A stretch of 64,000 nucleotides of DNA from Squalus acanthias. Taxonomy: Eukaryota. The stretch's first letter is position 1; each line of letters begins with the position of its first letter. Under the pieces are notes generated by a model. The model saw only the letters and a list, made by a program, of their open reading frames with translations, was not told the DNA's origin and made no database searches. Location: assembly GCA_030390025.1 (NCBI GenBank), contig JASTWF010000332.1:310001-374000 (forward strand). Direction: 5' to 3'. Below, piece after piece: positions 27,008 to 40,066 of the stretch. Position numbers and translations under genes: made by a program.

Positions 27008-27980
27008 GGGGGCGATTTTCGACACCGCGTTCAGGTGCTAAGGGCCAAGGTGGGGTCTTAAGCCGGTTTAGCCCGCGTTTAGTGCAAGATGCCATCATGG
27101 TAAAAGGAGTTGAAGTGCGCGCTAGGAACGGCTGCCCAGAGGCTCGTTAAGGGACAGATTGCCACTTAAAAATGCTCGATAGCGCTCATCAACAAGGTTG
27201 CATGGCAATTTGGTGGCTAGTGTTGTCCCAACACCCTCCCCGAACAGCGACCAGATGTTTAAACATGGCAGTGATGTCGATTTCAAGCACTACTTAAAAG
27301 GGATACTCACCATTTTATGTTCACTTGCTGGTGGAGCAGTGAAGAGGATCTGAAACACATCGGGAGACTTGCTGGGACACTTTGTCAAGACTTCAACACT
27401 CGAGCAACATTTATTCTGCACATTCTCTGAGGACTTCACCTAAAAGAGTAAGAGCTGCACTATTCCACCTTATAGGAGTCACCAGGAGAAAGGGAGTGCT
27501 TGGTCATCGGCATCTTGCTGGGGGTCCTCATTGGTCTGGACGAGGAATGGGAGGAGGACTTGATGCCAGGCAGAGCAGCACTAGCTGCTGCAGGAGAGGG
27601 GGAGAGGAGGGCGAGGTGGACTCCTTTCCTCCCCCCCCCCGCCCCGCGGGTACAAGGCATCCCTCCTCCTCTGGACCTCCTCCACCAGGACCTCCAGTGC
27701 TGCGTCCAGAACCTGTGCACACTCTCCTTCGGTCCCTGAGCCATCCTGCAACGGGCTGCTGTGTGCCAGCCAGAGCACTCCACACCTTCAGTAGAAGTGG
27801 GTGCAAGGAGCGCACGAAAATTGCGTCTAATCAACACTGGAGTGCTAAATCTGCAGTTTTCTGGTTCAGCACCTCCAGGCAAGTTCATGCTACAGTAATC
27901 AGCAATTAGGACCAAAATTGTGTGCTAAATCCAGACTTTCAAGCAGATGTGTCTCATTAGCACAGCACTCATTTTCACCC
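27008..27980. mobile_element. Internally deleted PIF/Harbinger DNA transposon with a Myb/SANT-like ORF remnant on the minus strand
   Basis: Imperfect TIR gggggcgattttcgac / ggtcaaaataactccc; minus-strand peptide DAALEVLVEEVQRRRDALYP, frameshifted from MAQGPKESVHRF. Confidence 0.75.
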
Positions 27981-28461
27981 TTTGGTCAAAATAACTCCCA
28001 ATGTGGCTCTTGATCAGAAAGCATTCAAATGCTGACCAATCTGTTTTATATTTCCAGGTTTTATTTGGATATCAAAATATTTCCAAAATCCAAATGTGTA
28101 ATTATCTGCCACTTCTGCCCCAACATGAAGTGTTTTTGGGCGCACGTCAAAACACCGGAGTGGCAGTATAACTCAGAAGACTGCCAAACTCACTGAAGCC
28201 CCGAGACACTCTCCAGGAGGCCGTCTCACACCGGTTTGACTTTGTACCAAGTACAATGCAGCTCCAGCCTAAAAGACTCTGGGGGTGGGGCAGGAGAAGA
28301 TTTTCCTTCTCATTCCCTTGGTCAAATGCATGAACAGTTATGTTTCATATTCAGACTGGTTAACTCCAAGGCAAGGCGAGTCATCAATATGACATAATTC
28401 AGAGTGCCTGCTTGGTTCCATGGTAACACTCTCACCTTGGAGTCAGGAGGCTGTCAACTAA

Positions 28462-29066
28462 AGAGTATAAGAGTAAAGACGTCTTACTGCAATTATATAG
28501 GGCCCTGGTGAGACCACTCCTGCAGTATTGTGTACAGTTTTGGTCTCCTTACCTAAGGAAGGATATACTTGCCATAGAGGGAGTGCAACAAAGGTTCACC
28601 AGACTGATTCCTGGGATGGGGGGGGGGTTGTCCTATGTGGAGAGATTGAGTAGACTAGGCCTATATTCTCCAGAGTTTAGAAGAATGAGAGGTGATCTCA
28701 TTGAAACATACAACATTCTTACAGGGTAGATGCAGGGAGGATGTTTCCCCTGGCTGGGGAGTCTAGAACCAGGGGCCACAGTCTCAGAATAAGGGGTCAG
28801 CCATTTAGGACTGAGATGAGGAGAAATTTTTTCACTCAGAGGGTGGTAAATCTTTGGAATTCTCTACCCCGGAGGGCTGTGGAGGCTCAGTCAGTCATTG
28901 AGTATATTCAAGACAGAGATCAATAGATTTTTGAATATTAAGGGAATCAAGGGATATGGGGATCATGCAGGAAAGTGGAGATGAGGTAGAAGATCAGCCA
29001 CGATCATATTGAATGACGGAGCAGGCTCGAGGGGCCAAATGGCCTACTCCTGTTTATGTTCTTATG
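28462..29066 (+). mobile_element. CR1 3' fragment
   Basis: RPLLQYCVQFWSPYLRKD...RRMRGDLIETY; MRRNFFTQRVVNLWNSLP. Confidence 0.93.
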
Positions 29067-29312
29067 GCCCCACTCCAGGATTTCAGCACATGATCTACAT
29101 ACTGCATTGTTGGAGATGCTATCTGTCAAATAAATGTTAGATCGAGTTCCTGTCTGCTTGTTTCGGTGGATATAAATGTTCCCACAGCATGGTTTTGAAG
29201 AAAAGCAAGAAGTTCTTCCGGTGTTCTGGCCAACATTTCTCCTCAACTTCCACCACTATAAAAAAAAATTGGTTATTCCTCTCATTTGCTGTTTGTGGGA
29301 TCTTACTACGTG

Positions 29313-29716
29313 AAAGAAAGAACTTGCATTTCACAACCTTTCACAGCCAAAAGTACTTTTTAAGCGTAATCATGAATGTGATGTCGAGCAACACAGCAGC
29401 CAATTTGTGTACAGCAAGGTCCCACAAACAGCAACGAGATAATGACCAGATAATCTGATTTATTTGGTGTTAGTTGAGGGATAAATAGGACAGGACTCTG
29501 GGGAGAACGCCCCTGCTCTTCTTTGAATGGGATTTTCTATGTCCGCCTGAGTGGGCAGACGGGTCCTTGGTTTTACGTTTCATTCGTAAGACAGCACCTA
29601 AGGCACTGTAGCATTCGACTGTCCGAGTTGATTTTGTGTTCAAGTCTCTGGAGTGGGACTTATACACAAAACCTTCTGACAGAGGCAAGAGTGCTATTAA
29701 CTGAGCCACAGCGGAC
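29313..29716 (-). mobile_element. Near-complete Deu-domain SINE
   Basis: Tail aaagaaagaacttgcattt on the left; tRNA-like head gagtgctattaactgagccacagc on the right. Confidence 0.85.
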
Positions 29717-32700
29717 ACTTGTGCACATTAGCTGCCACATTTGCTTACATTAACAGCAAAAACACTTGAAAAGTAATTCATAGGATGTAAAGTGCTTTAG
29801 GACTGAGGATATGATAAAATACTGTATGGGTTTAAATTCTTTACTTCTAAATCCCAACAATAGTAGTTTAAGAGCAGGGTCACAACTGTTACAAGTGACA
29901 GTTCAACCCAGGCTTGTTCGATCATCTCACAGTGGGGTTGCTGGAGGCCGTGGTGGCTTTGTTCAAATGCAGGTCGAATTAAATCACCGGCTGGTTGTTT
30001 GGCCAAGGTGAGATGCAGAGATGCTCCTTTGTGGCCCATTTCAACTTGACTCAATCAATATATAAAGGGAAAATATGCAGGGGGGTCACAGTGCAATAGG
30101 ACCTAGTTTCCCACAGTAAGAGAGAGAAAAACAACTAAAATCCTTCTTGTGCAGTTCAACTTTTGCTGCACGAGATAGAGATAGATAGATAGAATGAATA
30201 TATTTATTTTCTTAAACTAGCATCAATAATTTTAAGCTATGATTTTTCTTAAAAAATCAGCTAAGGGCTACTTTTGCTTTAAGCTTCAAGAAAAGAAGTA
30301 ATTCTTGCAAATTATAAATTGCAATTCAATTACAGTAAAACTTGAAACTACCAGATAACATTGCGAAGGTCTGTATTTGGTGTGTGTGTGAGAGAGCTCT
30401 ATATGCCAAATCTACTCATTTGTACATTTTACTTCCAAAAGATCTCGCAGGTTTGCTAGTCAAAAAAAAATCTAAAAGGCATCAATGCTGATACAGTACT
30501 TCAGTCAGACGGAGATTGTAAACCAAACTCAGTGCAGGAATCGAGTGCCTCAGTACGAAGAAGGTAAAGTGCGGGGGAGTTTCCTTCCCAAAAGTCGACG
30601 TGGTCAAACAAGCAAGCAGGAAACAGGCAGCAGCAATCAGTACAGGGAGGCACCATTGAGACTGGGAGAGAGAGAGATTTGGTATTAATGTATTCGGGAC
30701 TCTAATGACCGGCATCCAAATTGGTGCCAGTGTGAAGCCAACACTGAAGGTGCTTTTTGCTCACGTACAAATGTGTGTTTTGGGTGGTTCCTCCAGAGAG
30801 ATTCAGATTGAAACCAGTTATGGAGCTGAACTGACCTCCGACCAGGATTCATTATTATTCAAAGATAACGTTCAAACAGCCTTTTGTGCTTCCAGACAGG
30901 TAATTAACTCAAAGTGGCAGGGGGAAAAAAAGTTAACGGGCAAATGCACGTGCATTAAACACGAGACAAATGGTGGTGAAGCAGAATTGACAAGAGGGAA
31001 ATGAGCAAGTTTGACTGAAGCAGATTCCGTTTCCTTGTACGTTTAAGGAGCTGTGCAAGTGGGGAGAAAAAGTCCCAACTCAAATTTGTGCATCGCAGTT
31101 CTTTTCATAGCAGCCTGAACTAACTCAGTGACGCATATACTTATAGGGAATATTAATCACGATAAGAATCCAAGGGGACATACCAACAGAAACTGTAAAT
31201 CTTGGGATTTATTGACACAAGTTAAGCATTGCAACATGGCCATCGAGGAAGCAATTCAACTTCTGCTACAAACTATGCAGCCAATAACAAATTAAATTCC
31301 ATTTTCTCCCCTCAAGAATGTTGAGCCGCATTTTATCTGCAACAATTCGGTGCTCAGACTTGGCAGCTGGCAAACTTCAAATAGCAGCCAATTAAGAAAG
31401 TTTATGTTTTAGGAATCCATTGACTGTCACCTACAGAAAGAGGGAAAGAAGCTCAAAAGTAGAAGCTTCTATTAAATTGTTAGGAATTCAAAACATTACT
31501 GCAACTTTCAGAGAAGCAGCCATGAAACATCCGTGCAGCCTCCCAGCCTACCCTTGGCAAGAGATTCCAAGGAGGGCCAAATTCATCAACCCCAATCACA
31601 GCTCGGAGGCAATAGGTGATGACAGAGTAAAAGCTAGAAGTCTTAACAATCGCATACGGCAGGATGAGTTGTATTTCTTCCCGGAGTGACTCATCAGCAA
31701 ATGGCAATATTTCACTAGTGTTAAGTATGGTAATGTGGCAGTGAATGCTGGGAGCCGTCTGTTCCCGGAAACCAGCCTACCTGAAAAAAAACCCTAATGA
31801 GACACCTTTTAAATGAGGATTTGAAGTAAAAACTGTAGAAAGCACACTCTTCCTCCTCGACCCCCCGGCTCCATCTGCTTCTGTCTTGGCTGATGTCTCC
31901 GATACGAAGCCCAATGTTGAAATCATTGCACATCACCTCTGGTTTCAGCACTTTGAAATGGGCTAGTGACATAGGCACTATAGAAATGCAAGTAAATCTT
32001 TAGTTTACAGACCCTGTCTGAGCGCAAGCTTTTATAGAGGCCCCACACAAAGGCAAAATTCTCCCCACTGTCTCCTTAACATTAAGTTATGGTTATGCTG
32101 CTGTCAGTCTGAACGTTCACTGCAAGTTATTGCCAGCATGTGATATGGATTTGATAAATGTCCAGCATTGTTGTGTTGCATTTAAAAAAAAATCTCTTGG
32201 ACAATGCCAGATCTGTAATGATGACACCAGCATGTCAGAGTGTTTAAGAATAGTTTTCATGAGATGGTCTTCTTACACGAGCCATTTTTAATTTAAGTAA
32301 CCCGAGACAGTAAACTGACAACAAACTGAGAACAGATTGACACTGCACTATTGGTAAATAGTACTAACTGGTTTTATAAAAGGATGTAAACAGCAAAGCC
32401 CTCAAGTGAAGCCAAGCACGTGATTGCAAAGTCTGGCACCCAGCTGCGGACGGGGAGTGCTTACAAAGTTTCACAATTACTAGCTCAAGTGGAAAGTCGC
32501 AGACCTCGTGTGAACTTCTTAACATGAATAATATTCCAGACTGCACTGGAAAGCTTCCCTTCAGTAAATATTGCGAAGTACATCAGGTCATTATACTGAA
32601 CACCAGTGAAACTGCAGATGGGTTTGACCTGCTGCGGCAAAGCATCTCCCTCAGTCCCAGGTGTGTGCAGAACTCTACAGAAGCCAATCATTTCCTAACC

Positions 32701-33269
32701 AGTTTCATTTTTAAAAAACAAGGTTCAAAAATGCCTATCAGTGTCCAATTTTATGTCTGGCATTCGTCTGTTTAAGAGCCTTTGTAAGGATTGTGTGTCT
32801 CAAATCTATTACACATAATGTCATTTCAAATAAATTTCTGAGCTGGAATTACACCCATCAATCACTGTCGTCAATTTGTCTTTAAAATGTTGTTAACATG
32901 CAAAACAATCTGGTAATTGAACAATTGGACATTACTGCATTGGACTGGTGGTCATGAAGATGACTACTTAAATGGCAAGAGCAGATCAATGACTAATTGT
33001 TTGTAAGCAATGTCTCTACTGTAGACTGACATAAATTCAAAGCAGCATATCTGAATTACACTTAATGAAATGCTGAATAAATTATTCCAAAAATCCACTT
33101 GGCTCTCCCCTGACAGTCTACTTCCCATTAATCATCCTTGCATATTACAAGCCATTGCTGTTGTATTTGTTAAAATTTTAAACAAACGGTTCTTGAAAGG
33201 CATTGTATTTCAACCTCCGCACCCCCTGATTTGTCTCCCTCTCTCGGCTCTTACTGAGGTACAGTTCCG

Positions 33270-33615
33270 CACGCACCAATACCCTCCAGCACCTCATCCA
33301 AGCAGCCATTCTCCGTGTGCGAGCCCAGACAACGGACATCAGCAGGTTAGCCGACTGTGGCAAATAGCAGAGTCAAGCCTGATCCGGTCCTTACCCAACA
33401 TTCCACTTTCTGGCAGCAGCCAAGAGACAGGGATCAAGAACAGGCGCACTGGCCGACTTCTCCCCTACCTAGCCCAGACAGGTCGACGGTGATTGAAGCT
33501 CACCCTTCTGCCGCCATCAGCTAACTCGTACAGATCGGAGAACAAACGTGTGATCTTCCTGATCTACATGGCTCACAACCACACTGGCAAGTGGACTTAC
33601 CAACTGAGTCACTGA
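33270..33615 (-). mobile_element. Old SINE-like repeat (family of 19697-19965)
   Basis: atcagctaactc, tggccgacttctcccctacctag, ccaactgagtcac (A-box-like in reverse). Confidence 0.5.
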
Positions 33616-33779
33616 AGCTCAGGAGTTTGCTGCAATTAGGAATGGAGCTGCATTAACTCATTTTCTTAAAAGACACCAGTGTTTTGCGTGATATTAGAAA
33701 TTAATGCGTTAACAAATCCGTAAAAAAAATTCTGTGCTGCCCTATTTAACAGAGGAATTTTCTGCTCTTAGTTGAAACA

Positions 33780-35170
33780 ACATCCTGGGATTTTGTACAT
33801 CCACCTTCATAGGCAGGCAGAGCCATAGTTTACTGTCTTACCTGAAAATCAACAGCTCCAACAATGCAACACTCTCAATACAGCACTGAAGTGTTCATAG
33901 AACCATAGAAGATAGGAGCAGGTGTAGGCCATTCGGCCCCTCTAGCCTGCTCCGCCATTCAATGCGATCATGGCTGATCATCCAAATTCAGTACCCTGTC
34001 CCTGCTTTCTCCCCATATCCCTTGATCCCTTTAGCCTTAAGAAATATATCCAACTCCTTCTTGAATCTATTAATGAATTGGCCTCTACTGCCTTCTGCGG
34101 CAGAGAATTCCACAGGTTCACCACTCTCTGGGTGAAGAAATTCTTCCTCATTTCTGTCCTAAATGGCTTACCCCTTATCCTTAGACTGTGACCCCTGGTT
34201 CTGGACTCCCCGACCATCGGGAACATCCTTCCTGCATCTAGTTTGTCCTGTCCTGTCAGAATTTTATAAGTTTCAATGAGATCCCCTCTCATTCTTCTAA
34301 ACTCTAGCGAGTATAAGCCCAATCGACCCAATCTCTCTTCATACGTCATTCCTGCCATCCCAGGTATCAGCCTTGTGAATCTTCGCTGAACTCCTTCCAT
34401 GGCAAGAACATCCTTCCTCAGATAAGGCGACCAAAACTGCACACAGTACTCAAGGTGTGGTCTCACCAAGGCCCTGTACAACTGCAGCAAGACATCTTTG
34501 TTCCTGTACTCAAACCCTCTCGCTATGAAGGCCAACATACCATTTGCCTTCTTAACCGCCTGCTGCACCTGCATGCTTACCTTCAGCGACTGGTGCACAA
34601 GGACACCCAGGTCTCGTTGCACTTCCCCTTCTCCCAATCTATTGCCATTCAGATAATAATCTGCCTTTCTGTTTGACACCAAAGTGGATAACCTCGCATT
34701 TATCCACGTTATATTGCATCTGCCACGCTTCTGCCCAATCACCCAACCTGTCCAAATCATCCTGGAGTTTCTCGGCATCCTCCTCGCAGCACACACGCCC
34801 ACCCAGTTTTGTGTCGTCTGCAAACTTGGAGATATTACATCTAGTTCCCTTGTCTAGATCATTAATATATATTGTGAACAGCTGGGGTCCAAGGACCGAT
34901 CCCTGCGGTACCCCACTAGTCACTGCCTGCCACTCGGAAAAAGACACGTTTATTGCAACTCTTTGCTTTCTGTCTGCCAACCAGTTCTCTATCCAAGTCA
35001 ATACCTTACCCCCAATCCCATGTGCCTTAACTTTACACGCTAATCTCTTATGCAGGACCTTATCAAAAGCCTTTTGGAAGTCCAAATACACCAGATTATG
35101 TGCTCAAATGATAGTCAAGTTTGACCCCACAGCCTTATGACTCAGAGGCAAGTGTCCTACCAAATGAGAC
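33780..35170 (-). mobile_element. Degenerate Deu-SINE split (33780-33895 and 35093-35170) by a CR1
   Basis: caatgcaacactctcaatacagcactgaagtgt on the left; tgactcagaggcaagtgtcctacc head on the right. Confidence 0.6.
33896..35092 (-). mobile_element. CR1 LINE ~1.2 kb, third copy of the 8677/20286 subfamily
   Basis: ORFs 34639..35091 (YLDFQKAFDKV, KFADDTKL) and 33978..34823. Confidence 0.97.
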
Positions 35171-35741
35171 AATCAATTGTTTATTACTGTTACTTTCTGT
35201 CACTTGCTAAAGAAGAAATACATCTCAGCATTTTCTTTGTGCTTAGTACTTCTATGATGAAAACAACATTACTTTATTTAATAGAGAAGTACAGAGAATG
35301 CTAGGTAACTAAATATACTAGCTGATTGGAATACTATATTTTTTTTAAAGTAATTACCAATTGAAAAGTGGGAGCAAACCCATTACAATTAATCTTTGCA
35401 TTAACAAGCTAAGTAAAGATTTTGAAATCTCCCAATTCAGTTCTTGATAGCTATCCGAGGCAGAACATACCCATTCCAATACAGGATGAAGTTGGCTGTG
35501 TAACCCAATACATTAAACAGAACTGGAAGAGGCCACTTCAATCTTTCTGGCCAGTTGCAAAATGTTTGGAGAGAAGAAACAAAAACCATCTCTCGTACTC
35601 TACAATTGTTTTCTCTTCCCAATATCTAATCCGTACTCTCCTGAATTAGCTATTTACTGCCTCGCCAAGCAGTCTGCTGCATATACCTGAAGTGAGTACA
35701 AGGACATCAGGGAACTCAGATCTATACTAATGTTGGATTAT

Positions 35742-35872
35742 TTTTGTTACGCCAGGGTATTACGGGATATGGAGCTAAGGTGGATAAGTGGAGTTAAGCT
35801 ACAGATCAGCCATGATCCAATTGAACAGCAGAACAGGCTTGAGGGGCTGAATGGCCCACTCCTGTTCCTATA
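35742..35872 (+). mobile_element. CR1 3'UTR fragment
   Basis: gatcagccatgatccaattgaacagcagaacaggcttgaggggctgaatggcc. Confidence 0.8.
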
Positions 35873-36747
35873 AGTGTTGCCTCACTAGCAAAGTTTGCTA
35901 GCCAAGCATGTTAGAGTTCAACTTGGCATCACTTTCATGTACAAGTGCCCTCTGCACTCCACAAGTATGTGAGGCATCTGAAGAGGGACGGACGGACCCT
36001 GAAAAGCGCCAAAGTGAAGAAACCCCAAACTGAATGTTCCATATCCTGGAGTTACAAAAAGGGGATAAAGAACTTTCAATTAACAATAATGCTATTCTAA
36101 AAACAAAAAGTGCTTTAAATACAGTATAGGTTGATTATTTTGATTAAATACAGTCTGAGCAATCAGGGAGAGGATTAAGTATTGAGGGGCATAAATCTAG
36201 CTTCCAAAAATTAATTGCACTGAACAATCAGACACATACTGCGCAACTTACACTACACCCTTCCCCTCCCCTCACTGATAAAAGTGCTGGTAACTAAATT
36301 TAGGCATCATAAATAAATCACTCGTTATCAGCAGGCTTCTTTGGAAGCTTAGCACATTTCCAACATGTCAACATCAGTGTAACAGGGTTGGCAAATATTC
36401 TCAGTTATGTTTAAATATCCCCCCCCCCCCACAAACTTCACACACACACAGCTGCTGTATTGGTTCTCAAACTGGATTTCCACCAGCTCGCCAACAGCAC
36501 GGCCTGGACAGAACTGTAGGAGGGTGTGAGACACTCGAGCTCAGACTCTTCCCTCGTGTGTACAGTAAAAATGTAACACAGTAGTTTCAATTTACATTCA
36601 ACCCCTCAGCTCACTCAAAACACAGATTACTGGGATGTGACCACAGCCAGCTCAAATATTCAACACAGATCTTCCACGGATTAAAGCCGCAGTCTCCAAC
36701 CATTATTGAATCATAAAAATGATTTTTCCTCTTCTTAATTACTTACC

Positions 36748-37272
36748 AAGGGCTGATCTAATTGTGGTGTTTAAGAAAGGATTTGATAGGATAGGATAGA
36801 GAGAAAGAAACTATTTCCTCTGGTGAGGGAGTCCAGAACAAGGGGATGTAACCTTAAAATTAGAGCTAGGCCGTTCAGGGGTGATGTCAGAAAGTACTAC
36901 TACTACAAAAACAACTTACATTTATATAGCACATTCAATGTTGCAAAATGTCCCAAGGCGCTTAACAAGAGCGATATCAATAAAAACATTTTTGACACAG
37001 AAGGAGAAATGAGGACAGACGACCAAAAGCTTGGTCAAAGAACTCTTCCCTCTTCCCCCGCCCCCCCCCCCGACCCCTCCCAAAAAAGCTGCTGAGGCTG
37101 GGGGTCAATTGAAAATTTCAAAACTGAGACCGATAGATTTTTGTTGAGTAAGGGTATTAAGGGATATGGAACCAAGGCGGGTAGATGGAGTCAAGATACT
37201 GATCAGCCGTGATCTAATTAAATGGCAGAACAGGCTCGAGGGGCTGAATGGCCTACTCCTGTACCTATGTTC
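36748..37272 (+). mobile_element. CR1 3' fragment interrupted by an antisense L2-tail fragment (~36897-37040)
   Basis: ESRTRGCNLKIRARPFRGDVRK; acaacttacatttatatagcac is the reverse of the L2 tail at ~23400. Confidence 0.8.
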
Positions 37273-38033
37273 CAAGTACTTGTGATGATACTGAAATATT
37301 GTAATAATTGCATTTTTTAAAAATGATAAACAAGTCTGATTGGCAGTATGGAACCTGGTAGAGGGCTCCCGTAGAGGGCCTCAGATTGCGTTGCAAGCTA
37401 CAACACTGCCATTATGGGGCAGAAACCCAGTGGAAAGCGGTTCTGTCCCGCAATCCACCCATGAAATTGCCAGTGCGATGATTTTACTGCAGAAAGCGCA
37501 AGTAAATTCAGGGCCAATGGAAGGAAAATTGTGCGCACTTTGCGCTCAAATTTGCAGTAAGTGCAAAAAGCTCACCAAACTCATTTACCTGGGCCCTGAT
37601 GAGGAAAATCCAGTCCACTAGATATATTTAAAAAGTAAGCATATTACATGTAAAAGTCTGTGTACAAACTGAACAATTCTGCAAAAGTTAGATAGTTATA
37701 TCACCATTTCCAAAAAATAAACTTTTACCTCTACTGATCAGGTATGCATAGCACTCAAATCCTGAAAGGCTCCAACTGTGATCTGAAAGACTTTGTTATA
37801 ACATTTTAGACATATACTTTCTGAAATATTAATAGCAGACTTTCTATAGCCAGCACAATTAAATTTGTTGCTGCATTTAGCCTCAGACATGCACAAAATA
37901 ATCCCAGAGCTGTAACGCACTGACAGAGCATCAGATTAGTCTGGGTATAGAACAAACCAAACTGGTGGAAAAAAAATTAAGCAGACGTGACACTGCTAGG
38001 GAATCCCCCTCTGAATTAAAGCGGTCACTTACT

Positions 38034-39814
38034 GACCCAGATGTTTTAAATACGGGTCTAAAAAACACGACGTTAGGTCGCAAACCCAACCTCAGCGGCA
38101 TTTTGAAGACATGGTCATTGTTTTTTTTTATTATTCGTTTATGGGAACCCGCTGTGAACCCGCCTCCATGTAAGTTTCCAAAGTGTCGGGTCTGCGATTT
38201 CAGAACAAACTAGACACCAAGCGGCAGGGGAGTATTTAAGATAGTTAAATGCTTGTTAACTACTATTTTGCCAGCCTATTTCTATTTTACCACATTTTTA
38301 ACGGGATTCACGTCGTTCGGCGATCACGTCAGGTAAGTATGTCGGGTTCTCTATCTCTCCCCATTGCTGTGAATAAGTGACAGCTGCAAAAGTGGTATGA
38401 AAGCTACCATTTCACAGCTGATCACTTTCCAATGTCAGAAGCTTGAGCCTTCAAGACTTGGAAGACAGTTTTGAGCTGTATGCAGTTTGGAAGTGTTTGG
38501 AGTAAACTCTCTATCAACTGTCACCTCCTTGAAGCAAGCTCTCACAATTGACAGATCGCTTCTGTCATCTCAACTTCAGCTGCCATCTATTCCAGCAACA
38601 TCAGTGCCCTTCAAAAAATCTCACCTTGGTCCTCAATCTCTCCATGATCAGCCCCAACACCAATATTACTAGGCACACCAACATCAATACCAACATTCTC
38701 CGCAAGCATCAGGACACAGGGCATCAGCACCCGACAACATTGCTGCCCGGGAGGCCAGCGATGGCATCACCACAGCCAGATTTATTCACTTGATGCTGTA
38801 CACCCTGGCTGCCACATGATGTGCCAGGTTGACACTACCCCACACCAGCACCATAAAGCATCACTACAATGTCCAAGCCATTCCTTTCACACTCTTCACA
38901 ATTGGGGGGGGAGGGGTTGGAAGTTATGTCTCAACATTCACTGGAACTCACTAAGACACTTCTAAAGGTGACACAGATCTGTCCAATAAAGTAAAGTGCT
39001 GAAAATAAAGATTTCAATGTTTGACAACACATTAACAGAAACTTCACATGAACATTGGCTAAACCACCCAAGTACCTACCCTTGTGTGTTGTTAGTTGGT
39101 ATGCTTGAACTAGGATGAGGATGAGTGTGAGGGGGGGGGGGCTAGTGAGATGGGGAAGTGATAATGTAGATAGAGAGGGCTGGGTAAGTTGGTGGGAGTA
39201 AGAATGTGTAGGAGTAGGGTAGGGTTGGCAGAGTGATGGGATGTGATGAGTGGCACAGCAGGATGAGATTGAGTGTGGCTTGGCAGTAATGTTTCGTGAT
39301 CTGCTCAGATCATTGAAAGGCTTGTGCCACTGCAGCCTGGTCCTCCTGACGACATCCCTGCTTGTGTCCTCCTGTGCAATGTGCAACCAGGCTGCGTTGG
39401 TGTCCTGGGGAAGGTCTCTTCCGCCCATTGGAAGGGAAGAGAACCTCCCTGTGTGCTAGGACTCCCTCCATAAGCATATGGAGGGAGTCAGGGGAGAGCC
39501 TGGGTGCAGCCGTCCACCTTTGTGCAGTGCTGGTCAGTGTTTGCAGCACCTCAAGGCTGCAGAACACGGATAGAACAACTGTCAAAATGAATGTCGGCAC
39601 GGTCCCTTTAAAGAAACCAGCTGATGACGCGTCATCAAATGACGTCATCAGACCCGCTTCCGTTTAATTGGCCGGGAAATGCGCAGGGCGGGCTTAACAA
39701 GCCCAATCTATGTAAAATCACTTGGAGAGCGCGGGCTGGAGCCAGGAGCGAGACCGTGAACCGCCAACCACCTCTCCCACCGCAATCCCGCCTCCGCTGG
39801 CGAAATTGCGGCCC
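38034..39814. mobile_element. Degenerate PIF/Harbinger transposon with a Myb/SANT-like gene remnant on the minus strand; left boundary approximate
   Basis: Frameshifted AAPRLSPDSLHMLMEGVLAHREVLFPSNGRKR + AAWLHIAQEDTSRDVVRRTRLQWHKPFNDLSRS; right end gaaattgcggccc followed by att. Confidence 0.75.
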
Positions 39815-39924
39815 ATTTCTCTCTCGCAATGAGAAAGTTCATGGGCTGCACCTTGCACCTCCCCGTCAAGTCACAGCCAAGATCATGAAGGAAGTCTCGA
39901 GTGTGAAGCCAAATCATGCCATTA

Positions 39925-40066
39925 GACTCATAGAATCTTACAGCGTGCCTGTACCACCTCTTTGAAGGAACTGTCTGTCTAATCTAGTCCCACACCACAG
40001 CTTTTTCCCCCCATAACCCTGCAAATTAGTCGCCTTCAAGTGCACGTCCAATTGCCTTTTGAAAGT
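39925..40066 (-). mobile_element. CR1 3' terminal fragment
   Basis: catagaatcttacagc...ccttcaagtgcacgtccaattgccttttgaaag. Confidence 0.7.

Larger units (their letters stand above)
28408..29820 (+). mobile_element. Deu-SINE split by a CR1 3' fragment and by an antisense Deu-SINE
   Basis: Head tggtaacactctcaccttggagtcaggagg (28420-28450); body resumes cccactccagg at ~29068; ...gggatcttactacgtg resumes gtgcacattagctgcc at ~29721. Confidence 0.7.

Noticed and set aside
37415..37617. Possible small Harbinger-type MITE fragments
   Set aside because: Ends do not pair convincingly and no TSD is readable
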